From contig JACNJF010000107.1 of NCBI GenBank assembly GCA_014382695.1, positions 12,237 to 76,236 of the forward strand: 64,000 bases of DNA. The letters run 5' to 3'. The position numbers and the translations under genes are program-made. Under the pieces are notes generated by a model. That model ran no database searches and had not been told where the DNA came from. It worked only from the letters and a program-made list of their open reading frames with translations. The stretch comes from Gammaproteobacteria bacterium (lineage in GTDB: Bacteria > Pseudomonadota > Gammaproteobacteria > GCA-001735895). Shown in pieces: positions 27,330 through 38,732 of this stretch; position 1 is the first letter of the stretch, and every line of letters starts with the position of its first letter.

Positions 27330-27823
27330 TGAGACATATCATTTCATTACTGGTAGAGAATGAATCTGGTGCCTTGTCCCGAATTGCCGGCTTATTTTCC
27401 GCTCGCGGCTATAATATTGAGTCGCTAACGGTTGCCACAACACAGGACCCGACCCTGTCGCGCATGACCATCGTCACCGCAGGCTCCGATAAGATCATTG
27501 AACAGATTACCAAACAGCTGCACAAACTGATCGATGTGGTCAAGTTACAGGATCTGACCGAAGGCAACTTTATCGAACGCGAAATGATGTTTGTAAAGAT
27601 CCGTGCGGAAGGAGAAACCAAGCGTTCTGAAATCCAGCGTCTGTCGAACATCTTTCGCGCCAGAATTATCGATGTCACCGACTCTACCTTTTGTGTAGAA
27701 CTGACCGGATCGGGGGACAAATTGAACGCCTATATCAAAACCCTGCAGGACAGCGATGTCATCGAGATTGTACGCTCCGGTTCAATGGGCATTACACGCG
27801 GCGAAAAAGCACTTACACTTTAA
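27329..27823 (+). CDS. ilvH: Acetolactate synthase small (regulatory) subunit
   Basis: 164 aa with an ACT domain (ISLLVENESGALSRI.GLFS.RGYNIESL). Confidence 0.9.
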   Translation: MRHIISLLVENESGALSRIAGLFSARGYNIESLTVATTQDPTLSRMTIVTAGSDKIIEQITKQLHKLIDVVKLQDLTEGNFIEREMMFVKIRAEGETKRSEIQRLSNIFRARIIDVTDSTFCVELTGSGDKLNAYIKTLQDSDVIEIVRSGSMGITRGEKALTL

Positions 27824-28870
<1,047 letters not shown>

Positions 28871-28886
28871 TTTATCTGGAGACAGC

Positions 28887-28915
28887 TCTGGCACAGGTGT
28901 CAATCCTGTGCCAGA
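28887..28915 (+). other. Perfect 11-bp stem / 7-nt loop hairpin between ilvC and pssA
   Basis: TCTGGCACAGG-TGTCAAT-CCTGTGCCAGA with no U-tract following. It covers the GTG at 28908 that the ORF track uses as the start. Confidence 0.6.
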
Positions 28916-28925
28916 CTACCATCCT

Positions 28926-29723
28926 ATGTCAGACACCTCAGAACCAGCTCAAAACCCCACCAAACCTAACCTGAGAAAAGGTATATTTTTACTGCCTAAT
29001 CTATTCACCACAGGGGCCTTGTTTGCGGGCTTTTATGCCATCATTGCAGCCATCAAAGGGAACTATGACGTCGCTGCTATTGCGGTATTGCTGGCTATGC
29101 TGCTGGATGGACTGGATGGCAGAGTTGCACGGCTGACGAATACTCAATCCGCTTTTGGCGCCGAGTACGACAGCCTTTCGGATATGGTTTCGTTTGGTCT
29201 CGCGCCTGCACTGGTAGTTTACCAATGGTCGCTGGCCCATCTCGCAACAGCAGGTGCCGCCTGGGGTAAAATTGGCTGGCTCGCCGCGTTCATCTATACC
29301 GCCTCTGCAGCACTCCGACTCGCGCGTTTTAACACCCAGATAGGGATCGCCGACAAACGCTATTTTCAGGGTATGCCCAGTCCGGCCGCTGCCGCTGTGA
29401 CCGTCGGTGCAGTCTGGTTTTGCGAGCACTACGGGATAGAAGGCTCCGACGTCATGACCCCGGCCACCCTGCTAACCGTAACCGCAGGTCTGCTGATGGT
29501 TTCGCGCTTCTCTTATTACAGTTTCAAGGATCTGGATTTAAAAAAACGCGTACCTTTTGTCGCGGTACTTATCGTATTAATGGCATTCGTCCTGGTCTCT
29601 ATCGAAACCTCGACCGTATTATTCATCATGTTCTTTCTGTACATGATCTCGGCACCTATTATCGCCCTGTTTCGCTGGATCAGAAAACGGCGTAAAAACG
29701 CCCTGGCCAAAACCGAAACCTAG
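28926..29723 (+). CDS. pssA: CDP-diacylglycerol--serine O-phosphatidyltransferase
   Basis: 265 aa from the ATG at 28926, with the CDP-alcohol phosphotransferase motif DGLDGRVAR..G..D..D and multiple TM segments. Confidence 0.85.
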   Translation: MSDTSEPAQNPTKPNLRKGIFLLPNLFTTGALFAGFYAIIAAIKGNYDVAAIAVLLAMLLDGLDGRVARLTNTQSAFGAEYDSLSDMVSFGLAPALVVYQWSLAHLATAGAAWGKIGWLAAFIYTASAALRLARFNTQIGIADKRYFQGMPSPAAAAVTVGAVWFCEHYGIEGSDVMTPATLLTVTAGLLMVSRFSYYSFKDLDLKKRVPFVAVLIVLMAFVLVSIETSTVLFIMFFLYMISAPIIALFRWIRKRRKNALAKTET

Positions 29724-29959
29724 CATTCACCCGGTTTAAGATTTTTTACTTGGCAATATGAATATTGTTCGTTATATTGCCAGTCATGAATATTTTTCAC
29801 ACGTCATGTTATTTTACCAGCCGGTCTCTTCAGCAGGCCGCAGTACGTGCACGTCTATACTCTCTGCTTAGCCTGCTGCCGTAAGGCAGATATCATAAAA
29901 CCTGGCGAGGTCCATACGTAGACAAAACCCATTGAATAAAACAACGCAGAAGACTAATC

Positions 29960-31507
29960 ATGAGTAAAGATAAATTAATTATATTTGATACCACCTTACG
30001 TGATGGAGAGCAGAGTCCCGGTGCCTCCATGACCGCCGATGAAAAAGTACGCATCGCCAAAGCCCTCGAGCAGATGCGCGTCGATGTCATTGAAGCCGGT
30101 TTTCCAATCGCCAGTAATGGTGATTTTGAAGCCGTCAAAGCCGTTGCCAAAGTAATCAAGGATAGTACCGTTTGCGCGCTGGCACGCGCCAAACAGATCG
30201 ATATCGACCGTGCAGGCGAAGCCATAAAGCCGGCCAACTCTGGACGTATCCATACCTTTATTGCGACCTCACCGATCCATATGTCGCAGAAGTTACGCCT
30301 GTCGCCGGACCAGGTCCTGGAACAGGCTGTGGCCGCTGTGCGGATGGCTAAAAAATACACCACGGATATCGAGTTTTCACCCGAAGATGCGGGCCGCTCA
30401 GATCCCGATTTTTTATGCCGGGTGATCGAAGCAGTGATCAGAGAAGGTGCCACCACCATCAATATCCCGGATACGGTTGGCTACAATATTCCATACCAGT
30501 TTGGAGCGCTGATTAAAGACCTGCTCGAACGTGTACCGAACGCCGAAAAGGCGATCTTCTCGGTTCATTGTCACAATGATCTGGGGCTGGCGGTAGCCAA
30601 CTCACTGTCGGCTGTGCTGAATGGCGCGCGACAGGTAGAGTGCACCATCAACGGCCTTGGTGAGCGAGCAGGAAACGCCGCACTGGAAGAGATCGTGATG
30701 GCCGTGCGTACCCGTCAGGATGTGTTTAACTGCGACACTAATCTGGATACTACTCAGATCATGAACTGTTCACGCCTGGTATCCGGCATTACCGGATTTG
30801 CGGTGCAACCCAACAAGGCCATCGTCGGTGCCAATGCCTTCGCACATGAGTCAGGCATTCATCAGGATGGCGTATTAAAATCACGTGAAACCTATGAAAT
30901 TATGCGTGCCCAGGATGTGGGACTATCCACCAACAAGATCGTACTGGGTAAGCATTCTGGCCGAAATGCGTTTAAAACCCGTATGGCGGAACTGAATATC
31001 GCGTTTGATTCTGAAAAGGAATTGAATGAAGTGTTTGCCAATTTCAAGACGCTGGCCGATAAAAAGCACGAAATCTTTGATGAAGATCTGCAGGCACTGG
31101 TCACCGAGACCAACACCGTTCAGATGAATGAGTCGATCAAACTGGTCAGCCTTTCGGTTTGCAGTGAAACCGGTGAAACCCCAAACGCGAGGATCACCTT
31201 AAACGTAGACGGTGAAGAAAAGCAGGCGCAGGCAAAGGGCAGCGGCCCGGTCGATGCATCGTTTCAGGCGATTGAAAAAATTACCAATTCCGGCGTCGAG
31301 CTGCAACTTTACTCGGTCAACAACATCACCACCGGGACCGACTCTCAGGGTGAAGTGACGGTCCGTCTGCAACTGAATGGCAGCATCTTTAACGGTCATG
31401 GTGCCGATACCGATATCGTCATCGCCTCCACCAAGGCCTATGTCAATGGACTCAACAAGATTATCGCCAATCAGAAGCGTACGCATCCGCAGATGGGCGG
31501 CCTGTAA
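29960..31507 (+). CDS. leuA: 2-isopropylmalate synthase
   Basis: 515 aa with [20 protein letters not shown] and a C-terminal LeuA dimerisation/regulatory domain. Confidence 0.92.
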   Translation: MSKDKLIIFDTTLRDGEQSPGASMTADEKVRIAKALEQMRVDVIEAGFPIASNGDFEAVKAVAKVIKDSTVCALARAKQIDIDRAGEAIKPANSGRIHTFIATSPIHMSQKLRLSPDQVLEQAVAAVRMAKKYTTDIEFSPEDAGRSDPDFLCRVIEAVIREGATTINIPDTVGYNIPYQFGALIKDLLERVPNAEKAIFSVHCHNDLGLAVANSLSAVLNGARQVECTINGLGERAGNAALEEIVMAVRTRQDVFNCDTNLDTTQIMNCSRLVSGITGFAVQPNKAIVGANAFAHESGIHQDGVLKSRETYEIMRAQDVGLSTNKIVLGKHSGRNAFKTRMAELNIAFDSEKELNEVFANFKTLADKKHEIFDEDLQALVTETNTVQMNESIKLVSLSVCSETGETPNARITLNVDGEEKQAQAKGSGPVDASFQAIEKITNSGVELQLYSVNNITTGTDSQGEVTVRLQLNGSIFNGHGADTDIVIASTKAYVNGLNKIIANQKRTHPQMGGL

Positions 31508-31513
31508 TCGAAG

Positions 31514-32287
31514 GTGTTATCTACACGCCAACAGCATTGCCTGACCCATATTGGCATTACCCAATGGTCCACTCGCCCGACTCAAGTATTTGAGTCGGGC
31601 GTTGATGCCCGTGCGTCCGAGGAGTTACCCCCTCCTCTAGCAGTGCCGGAAAGCAAGGCACCCGCGCCCCAGCTAGCTAAACCGCACAAAGCGCCAGCTA
31701 TACCAACCGTTCAGATCGAAAACCTCTCCGACTGGGAGCATACGCTTCAGGCAATACAGGCCTGCAACGCCTGCGAACTGGCACAATCCTGCACCCGCAA
31801 AGTGCCCGGCAAGGGTTCACAACAGGCCTCGTTGATGATAATCGGCGAAGCGCCGGGGCATGATGAAGACCAGCAGGGCCTACCCTTTGTCGGTCGCGCC
31901 GGTCAGTTGCTGAATAAAATGTTAAGCGCGATCAATATCGAATCCGAATCGGTTTACATCACCAATATTCTGAAATGCCGTCCGCCCAATAATCGTGACC
32001 CGAAGGTTGAAGAAGTGCGTGCCTGCTCAGCCTATTTGCGCGCACAGATTGCACTGGTGAAACCCGACGTGTTGCTCTCTGTGGGCAGAATTTCTGCACA
32101 AAACCTGTTACAGGATAATAGCCCGGTGGGACAGCTACGCGGCCGGCAGTTTCATCTGCCCGATAGCGAGATTCCACTGCTGGTGACCTACCACCCAGCG
32201 TATCTGTTGAGAAACCCGCCTGAAAAAGCCAAGGTATGGGAAGACCTGAAGGCCTTACAACGCTTATTACAACATGCAAAGCATTAA
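31514..32287 (+). CDS. Uracil-DNA glycosylase, family 4, with an N-terminal extension of about 85 aa
   Basis: 257 aa from a GTG start, with C-x2-C..C cluster cysteines (CNACELAQSC), GEAPG.DED and PFVG.AG motifs. Confidence 0.75.
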   Translation: MLSTRQQHCLTHIGITQWSTRPTQVFESGVDARASEELPPPLAVPESKAPAPQLAKPHKAPAIPTVQIENLSDWEHTLQAIQACNACELAQSCTRKVPGKGSQQASLMIIGEAPGHDEDQQGLPFVGRAGQLLNKMLSAINIESESVYITNILKCRPPNNRDPKVEEVRACSAYLRAQIALVKPDVLLSVGRISAQNLLQDNSPVGQLRGRQFHLPDSEIPLLVTYHPAYLLRNPPEKAKVWEDLKALQRLLQHAKH

Positions 32288-32720
32288 GTTACGTCCGATG
32301 ACCACAGCCGATGTGAACACCGTGATGCAGATCGAAATCAGTGTTTACCCCTTCCCCTGGACCAAGGCCATATTTGCCGATTGCCTGCGGGTTGGTTACG
32401 ACTGCTGGGTGGCAACCAGTGACGAACAGATCATCGGTCATGGTGTGATTTCAATCGGTGCCGGTGAAAGCCATGTACTCAATATTGCGATTGCACCCGG
32501 GCACCAGGGACAGGGCATAGGCCGTCAGTTACTCACCCATCTAATGAATACTGCACGCATAAAATCCGCCGATATGATGTTACTCGAGGTCAGACCAAGC
32601 AATAAAGCCGCGATTCATATCTATGAATCGATAGGTTTTAATGAAATCGGTTGCAGAAAGGCTTATTATCCTGCGCCTGAAGGTAGAGAAGATGCCTTAC
32701 TCTTCGCCTGCCAGCTTTAA
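32274..32720 (+). CDS. rimI: Ribosomal-protein-alanine N-acetyltransferase
   Basis: 148 aa GNAT with the acetyl-CoA motif [10 protein letters not shown]. Overlaps the UDG gene by 14 nt. Confidence 0.75.
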   Translation: MQSIKLRPMTTADVNTVMQIEISVYPFPWTKAIFADCLRVGYDCWVATSDEQIIGHGVISIGAGESHVLNIAIAPGHQGQGIGRQLLTHLMNTARIKSADMMLLEVRPSNKAAIHIYESIGFNEIGCRKAYYPAPEGREDALLFACQL

Positions 32721-32764
32721 TCAAACCCACAGATCGTTACTCTCAATCGACATACCCTGAAGAC

Positions 32765-34354
32765 ATGCTGAATTCCAAAGAACTGAAGCGCAGAAGAACC
32801 TTTGCGATTATTTCCCATCCGGATGCCGGAAAAACCACAGTCACCGAAAAACTGCTGTTATTCGGTAAGGCAATCCAGTTAGCGGGTACCGTAAAGGGCC
32901 GGAAAGCGGCGCGCCACGCCACTTCGGACTGGATGGAGATGGAAAAGCAGCGTGGTATCTCGATCACTTCCTCGGTCATGCAGTTCCCCTATAAAGATCG
33001 GATCGTGAACCTGCTCGACACCCCCGGGCACGAAGACTTTTCCGAAGACACCTATCGTACCCTGACCGCTGTAGACTCGGCCCTGATGGTGATTGACTGC
33101 GCCAAGGGCGTGGAAGAACGTACCATCAAACTGATGGAAGTTTGCCGTCTGCGCGATACCCCGATCATGACCTTTATCAACAAGCTCGATCGCGAAGGTC
33201 GCGATCCTATCGAACTGATGGATGAAGTCGAAGACATCCTGAATATCCAGTGTGCACCCATCACCTGGCCGATTGGTATGGGTAAAAGCCTGAAAGGGGT
33301 TTTTCATTTAAAGAATGATTCGGTTCACCTTTTTTCTGCCAGCGATGCCGACAAGATATCCTCCGGTGAAATCATCCAGGGGCTGGACAACCCTCGTCTG
33401 GATGCAGTTTTAGGTTCCATGGCGGATGAGTTCAGAGAAGAGATCGAACTGGTTCGTGGCGCATCACATGCCTTCGATATTGACGCCTACCTGAAAGGCG
33501 AGCTGACCCCGGTATTTTTTGGCTCCGCGATCAATAACTTCGGCATGGCTGAACTGCTCGATACCTTTGTGGAGTTCGCGCCGTCTCCGTTGGCCCGCCC
33601 CACCCAGACCCGTAAGGTTCAGCCGGGTGAGGATAAAATGACCGGCTTCGTGTTTAAGATTCAGGCTAATATGGACAAGAATCACCGCGACCGGATTGCC
33701 TTCATGCGCATCTGTTCGGGCAAATATGAAAAGGGTATGAAAGTCCGTCATGTCCGGCTCAACAGGGATATCAAAATCCCCGATGCGCTGACCTTCATGG
33801 CAGACGACCGGGAGCATGTCGAAGAAGCCTTCACCGGTGACATTATCGGGGTTCACAATCACGGTACCATACGCATTGGTGATACCTTCACCGAGGGTGA
33901 GGATCTTGCCTTTACCGGCATCCCTAACTTCGCACCTGAACTGTTCCGCAGAGCGCGCCTGAAGGATCCACTCAAGATGAAAGCCCTGCAAAAAGGGCTT
34001 ACCCAGTTATGTGAAGAAGGCGCCACCCAACTCTACAAGCCGCTGACCAACAACGATCTGATACTGGGTGCCGTGGGCATACTGCAGTTTGAAGTCGTGG
34101 CCCAGCGCCTGCGCGATGAATACAACGTGGAATGCCTGTTTGAAGCGGTTAATGTGACGACCGCTCGTTGGGTGGAATGCGCCAAACCGGTCAAACTGGA
34201 AGAGTTTAAAATCAAGGCTAAATCAAATCTGGCCCTCGATCATGCGGGAGACCTCGCTTACATTGCACCGTCACGGGTCAATCTACAGATGACCCAGGAG
34301 CGCTGGCCAGATATAAAATTTCTGGCTACCCGTGAACATGGTATTTACGCATAA
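32765..34354 (+). CDS. prfC: Peptide chain release factor 3
   Basis: 529 aa with GTPase motifs [17 protein letters not shown] and NKLD. Confidence 0.92.
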   Translation: MLNSKELKRRRTFAIISHPDAGKTTVTEKLLLFGKAIQLAGTVKGRKAARHATSDWMEMEKQRGISITSSVMQFPYKDRIVNLLDTPGHEDFSEDTYRTLTAVDSALMVIDCAKGVEERTIKLMEVCRLRDTPIMTFINKLDREGRDPIELMDEVEDILNIQCAPITWPIGMGKSLKGVFHLKNDSVHLFSASDADKISSGEIIQGLDNPRLDAVLGSMADEFREEIELVRGASHAFDIDAYLKGELTPVFFGSAINNFGMAELLDTFVEFAPSPLARPTQTRKVQPGEDKMTGFVFKIQANMDKNHRDRIAFMRICSGKYEKGMKVRHVRLNRDIKIPDALTFMADDREHVEEAFTGDIIGVHNHGTIRIGDTFTEGEDLAFTGIPNFAPELFRRARLKDPLKMKALQKGLTQLCEEGATQLYKPLTNNDLILGAVGILQFEVVAQRLRDEYNVECLFEAVNVTTARWVECAKPVKLEEFKIKAKSNLALDHAGDLAYIAPSRVNLQMTQERWPDIKFLATREHGIYA

Positions 34355-34419
34355 CCAGCGCTTCTTCAGCCCCCGCATGCTGACAGCTCAGGGCCTGCGG
34401 TGGATTGCTCTGGTTAAGC

Positions 34420-35400
34420 ATGGCTAATCTGCTCTCCATCAAGGCTGCTGCCACGGCACTTTGCCTTTGCATCACGACCACAGGCTATGCGGCCAGCATT
34501 GCGTATTATCCGGGTCTGCCCACACGTAGTCAGGATCCATTACTACAGAGTTATTTCATTCCTGCCGCCCCGCTGACCTCGGCGCAGGACTGGACATTTT
34601 CCCAGTCGCTGTACATTACCAACACCTATCAGCAGGAAGACAGTAGCACTGAAACGGCACTGATAGATGTCGAAAATACACGCGTCGATCTACAGGCCAC
34701 CTATCGGTTCGACCCCTGGTATTTCAATATCAACCTTCCTTATATTACTAATCGTAGCGGTTACCTGGATCAAACCATCCGAAACTGGCACGATTTTTTT
34801 CAGCTGCCACAGGGCGGGCGCGATCAACGTATCAATAATCAGTTGAAGTTGCTGTATCAGAAAAATGGCATTTCAGTGCTGGATCTGGAGCAGTCTGATA
34901 GCGGGCTAGGCGATATTCAATTCGCGCTGGGGCGACAGCTAACGCCGTCTACCCAGCTCTGGATCGCGCTCGAAATAGCGCTGGCGGATAGCTCTCTGCT
35001 GATCTCCAATGATGCAATCGATGGCGCACTCTGGATCTCCGGGAGCCTGAGTACCTTTAGCGCCTCAACCGCCTACTACTCAGCTGGTGTCGCCTTCCCG
35101 GCCAACACAGGACTGTTTAAAGGTTTAATCGAGCAACAGTTCGGCTTTGCACAACTGGGGTTGTTGATGCCCTATAATGCGGATGTCCAGTTTCAACTCC
35201 AGACCGACTACCATAGCCCGATTGTGCGTGACTCGGCGTTAAAAACCTTCGACCACTCGCTTCAGGCACAATTCGTATTACGCCTGCCGCGGCTGGTTGA
35301 AAACAGTACACTGGAACTGTTTTTTTCAGAGGATATCCTGCCGGGACATGCCCCGGATATCACCTTCGGGCTCAGGTTTTCCAGCTCAGCGAACAATTGA
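34420..35400 (+). CDS. Secreted hypothetical protein, DUF3187-like, possible outer-membrane beta-barrel
   Basis: 326 aa from the ATG at 34420 with signal peptide ..TTTGYA/AS. Alternating hydrophobic pattern and a C-terminal ..GLRFSS region. No catalytic motif recognised. Confidence 0.4.
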   Translation: MANLLSIKAAATALCLCITTTGYAASIAYYPGLPTRSQDPLLQSYFIPAAPLTSAQDWTFSQSLYITNTYQQEDSSTETALIDVENTRVDLQATYRFDPWYFNINLPYITNRSGYLDQTIRNWHDFFQLPQGGRDQRINNQLKLLYQKNGISVLDLEQSDSGLGDIQFALGRQLTPSTQLWIALEIALADSSLLISNDAIDGALWISGSLSTFSASTAYYSAGVAFPANTGLFKGLIEQQFGFAQLGLLMPYNADVQFQLQTDYHSPIVRDSALKTFDHSLQAQFVLRLPRLVENSTLELFFSEDILPGHAPDITFGLRFSSSANN

Positions 35401-35446
35401 GTTATGCCGGCTTATTGGTTAGCATGATTTAAAAAAGAGATACCGC

Positions 35447-37915
35447 ATGTCACTCAAAAACAAGCTCAGCGTACTGCTCCAGAAAATTCTGTTTATCTGG
35501 GTCAGAGTCGAGGTTCTGCCACGCGCAATCAACGCTGATGACTGGGGCAAGCATCCAGTCTTATACGTACTGGTCGCACGCGGGCTTTCCGACATGCTGG
35601 TACTGGACCATGTCACCCACCAACTCCAGCTACCCAGCCCTTTTGCAACCCTGCCAATCAGTGCTTTTAAGCATCACAGCATCTATAGCGTGGCCTCCAG
35701 AAATCCACTCAGTGACTGGATTCTGAAACAGCAAAAACACAGCCTGATGCTGCAGGAGTTACTCGCGTGTATCCAGAAAGACGAGCTTGAAGATATCACC
35801 GTGGTCCCGGTATCCGTATTCTGGGGAAGACCCATCGCCAAACAGCGCCACTGGCTGATGGTGCTGTTTGCAGACTCCTGGGAAGTCGCCAGTCGCCTGC
35901 GCAAATTTCTAACCATCCTGCTGCATGGCAGAAGTACCACGCTCATATTTTCTGCCCCGCAAAGCCTGCGTGAACTATCCATAAAAGCCCATGGGATCCC
36001 CGAAAACCTGAACCAGCAACTTAAAAAACAGTTGCATCAGCAGCGTGAAGCGACCTTCGGCCCCGAAACCAATCACCTGAATCAAGTCATCAACAGGGTG
36101 GTTAACGCCGAGAATACGCAGAAAGTAATTCAGCGGGAGCATGAATTCAGTGGCAAGTCCAAAGCCAAAATTCAGAAACGGGCTATCCGCTACTGCCGGG
36201 AAATTTTTTCCGACTGCACCCAGATTTCTCAGGAAATCATGAAACGTCTGCTGAATACCTTCTGGAACCGGTATTACTCGGGGATCAGGATTTTCGACAT
36301 CGATCCAGTCAAAAAAATCGCCCTGACTCACCAGCTAGTGTATGTACCCTGTCATCGCAGCCATGTGGACTATCTGCTGCTGTCGTATGTTATTTTCCAT
36401 GAAAGGCTGGCACTGCCTTACATTGCGGCCGGCAATAATCTGGATATGCCGGTCATTGGTCGTCTGCTGCGCGGTGGTGGCGCATTTTTTATCCGCCGTA
36501 GCTTCAGGGAAAATCCACTGTATGCCAGCGTGATGAAACAGTATGTACACGAACTGATCGACAACGGCGTCCCGCTCGAATACTTCATCGAAGGTGGACG
36601 CAGCCGAACTGGACGCTTACTCAAACCCAAACTGGGAATGCTGTCGATGACCATGGAGGCCTGGCTACAAACCCAGAATAAACCGCTGGCCTTTATCCCG
36701 GTGTATATCGGCTATGAAAAACTGATCGAAGGCCGCTCCTATATCGGTGAGCTTTACGGCCATAAAAAGCAGAAAGAATCCCTGCTCACATCGATGCGTT
36801 CTATTTTGACACTGAAAGGTCAGTTCGGCAAAGTCACAGCACGCTTTGGCAACCCTATCGTGCTGCATAAACTGCTGTCCCGGCATGCGACCGACTGGGG
36901 CGACGAAAGTACCTGCCATATAACTCAGCAGCCATGGTTCCGCGCTGCAGTGCAGGATCTATCACAACAGATCATGCAGGAAATAAACCGGGCGGTAGTG
37001 ATCTATCCGGTCAATCTGATTGCATCAACCCTGCTCGCCATGCCACGCCAGAGTATTGATGAAGCGGACCTGATCCAGCAGTGTCTCTTCTATCAGAAAC
37101 TGATCACCACACTACCACTGTTGCAGACTATGAAACTGCAGGACAGCATCGACCATGCCGAAGTCGAACGTATCGCCGCACAGAAACTGCTGCAGATCAA
37201 TCCGCATCCACTCGGCAACATCATCTTTCTGAATCCTGAGCAGACGGTTCTGATGAGTTACTACCGCAATAACAGTCTGCACAGCCTGATTATTCCATCC
37301 CTGATCGCGTGCTGCTTTCTGAATAAACGTACCCTTTCAGAGCATCAGCTGACGCTGATCATCGCCTACGTTTACCCGTTTATCTTTACCGAACTGCACC
37401 TGCCCTGGAATGACCAGCAACTGCTGGAATTTATCCCGCAGACGGTCGATTTTCTGGTCGCCCAGGAAGTCCTGTTAAAAACTGACAATGGCTGGAAAAG
37501 ACCGGATAGAAACGATACACATTATCTGACGTTGACCCGACTGGCACATATCGCTCAGCCTATTCTGGAGCGTTATTACATGACTTTCATCGTGCTATGG
37601 GAAAGCGGAAATAATCCGATGACGGAGAGTGAACTGGAGCAGCGCTGTCATCTGGTGGCGCAGAAAGTCTCCATTATTCATGGTATAAACTCACCCGATT
37701 TTTTTGACCGTAAATTATTCGGGCATTTTATTGATACCCTGTTTGAGCTGGATTTTATTGAAAAAAATAGCACCGGGAAGCTGGTGTTTCAGGAGACTTT
37801 CGATCAGATCAATATCGATATTCGCGCCCTGCTGAGTATCGAGGTACGTAGTACGATTTTACAGATATTGCGCAGCCATCAGCCACTCCAGCCGACGGAT
37901 TCTGAGGCCAACTGA
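35447..37915 (+). CDS. plsB: Glycerol-3-phosphate 1-O-acyltransferase
   Basis: 822 aa with the acyltransferase motifs HRSHVDYLLL, FFIRRSF and YFIEGGRSRTGR. Confidence 0.9.
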   Translation: MSLKNKLSVLLQKILFIWVRVEVLPRAINADDWGKHPVLYVLVARGLSDMLVLDHVTHQLQLPSPFATLPISAFKHHSIYSVASRNPLSDWILKQQKHSLMLQELLACIQKDELEDITVVPVSVFWGRPIAKQRHWLMVLFADSWEVASRLRKFLTILLHGRSTTLIFSAPQSLRELSIKAHGIPENLNQQLKKQLHQQREATFGPETNHLNQVINRVVNAENTQKVIQREHEFSGKSKAKIQKRAIRYCREIFSDCTQISQEIMKRLLNTFWNRYYSGIRIFDIDPVKKIALTHQLVYVPCHRSHVDYLLLSYVIFHERLALPYIAAGNNLDMPVIGRLLRGGGAFFIRRSFRENPLYASVMKQYVHELIDNGVPLEYFIEGGRSRTGRLLKPKLGMLSMTMEAWLQTQNKPLAFIPVYIGYEKLIEGRSYIGELYGHKKQKESLLTSMRSILTLKGQFGKVTARFGNPIVLHKLLSRHATDWGDESTCHITQQPWFRAAVQDLSQQIMQEINRAVVIYPVNLIASTLLAMPRQSIDEADLIQQCLFYQKLITTLPLLQTMKLQDSIDHAEVERIAAQKLLQINPHPLGNIIFLNPEQTVLMSYYRNNSLHSLIIPSLIACCFLNKRTLSEHQLTLIIAYVYPFIFTELHLPWNDQQLLEFIPQTVDFLVAQEVLLKTDNGWKRPDRNDTHYLTLTRLAHIAQPILERYYMTFIVLWESGNNPMTESELEQRCHLVAQKVSIIHGINSPDFFDRKLFGHFIDTLFELDFIEKNSTGKLVFQETFDQINIDIRALLSIEVRSTILQILRSHQPLQPTDSEAN

Positions 37916-38302
37916 TCAGGCCTTGCCACTGATAATACGAATCTTGCGGCGTTCCTGTTTAGTCGGGCGGTGATCGATCACCGGGTGCTGCAGGCGTGAC
38001 AGTTTACGCTGCTCGGCCTCCTTTTCACGACGCGCGATGCTTTGCTCGGTTTCACGATAAAGGGTTTGCGCAATTGCGGCGGAACCACGTCGGTCGGCGA
38101 GAGCTTCAACGCTTACCTGCAGACGCTCAAAGCCACGATGGATTTCATAAAGATCATGCAGTTTGACCGCTCTGGAAGCCTTGATACGCTGCCCGGCAAG
38201 ATGCACCTTACCGCCATTCACCGCGGTAGTGGCAAGGGCACGGGTCTTAAAAAAACGCGCAGCCCATAACCACTTATCGATGCGGACTTTTTCATCCAGC
38301 AT
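37916..38302 (-). CDS. hslR: Ribosome-associated heat shock protein Hsp15 (S4 domain)
   Basis: 128 aa with VRIDKWLWAARFFKTR.. (S4 RNA-binding fold) and a basic C-terminal tail. The start overlaps the trxC stop region by 11 nt. Confidence 0.8.
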   Translation of the reverse strand: MLDEKVRIDKWLWAARFFKTRALATTAVNGGKVHLAGQRIKASRAVKLHDLYEIHRGFERLQVSVEALADRRGSAAIAQTLYRETEQSIARREKEAEQRKLSRLQHPVIDHRPTKQERRKIRIISGKA

Positions 38303-38732
38303 GCGTTCGGGCCCATCTCAGCAAATCGTTCAGGCCCATCGCACCCGGCTGACGGATCATTTCTTTACCATTTTTGAAGATTGCCAGGGTCGGTATGGAT
38401 TGTATACGCATCTTTCCGGCCAGGATTTGCTCGACTTCGGTATTTATTTTTATCAGCCTGAACTGGGGCTCAAGCTGCGTGGCGGCCTGGGTGAAAATCG
38501 GTGCCATCATTTTACAGGGTCCGCACCAGGGCGCCCAGAAATCGACCAGCAGGGGCTGATCACTTTTTTCCAGATAACGCTGAAAACCGGCTTCATTAAG
38601 TTCCAGCGGTTTGCCACTCATGACCGCCTGTTTACACTTCCCGCATTTTGGATCATCCGCCATCCGGGACTGTGGGACATTATTGATAGAGCCACAACTG
38701 GCACAGATCACATGATGTTTATCGCTCATCAC
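38292..38732 (-). CDS. trxC: Thioredoxin 2 (zinc-finger N-terminus)
   Basis: 146 aa with an N-terminal CxxC..CxxC (CASCG..CGKCK) and the WCGPC active site. Confidence 0.88.
   Translation of the reverse strand: MMSDKHHVICASCGSINNVPQSRMADDPKCGKCKQAVMSGKPLELNEAGFQRYLEKSDQPLLVDFWAPWCGPCKMMAPIFTQAATQLEPQFRLIKINTEVEQILAGKMRIQSIPTLAIFKNGKEMIRQPGAMGLNDLLRWARTHAG

Noticed and set aside
29757-29870. Possible leucine leader peptide upstream of leuA (ATG at 29757)
   Set aside because: The translation MNIVRYIASHEYFSHVMLFYQPVSSAGRST.. has no run of Leu codons and no obvious terminator/antiterminator alternative pair. It is not a leu-type attenuator.
29893-30462. 189-aa minus-strand ORF over the leuA 5' region
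   Set aside because: It is antisense to leuA ([11 protein letters not shown] and related motifs). It is rich in Ser, Ala and Arg, as expected for the reverse frame of a coding region.
33464-33991. 175-aa minus-strand ORF inside prfC
   Set aside because: It is antisense to the GTPase prfC and has no independent support.
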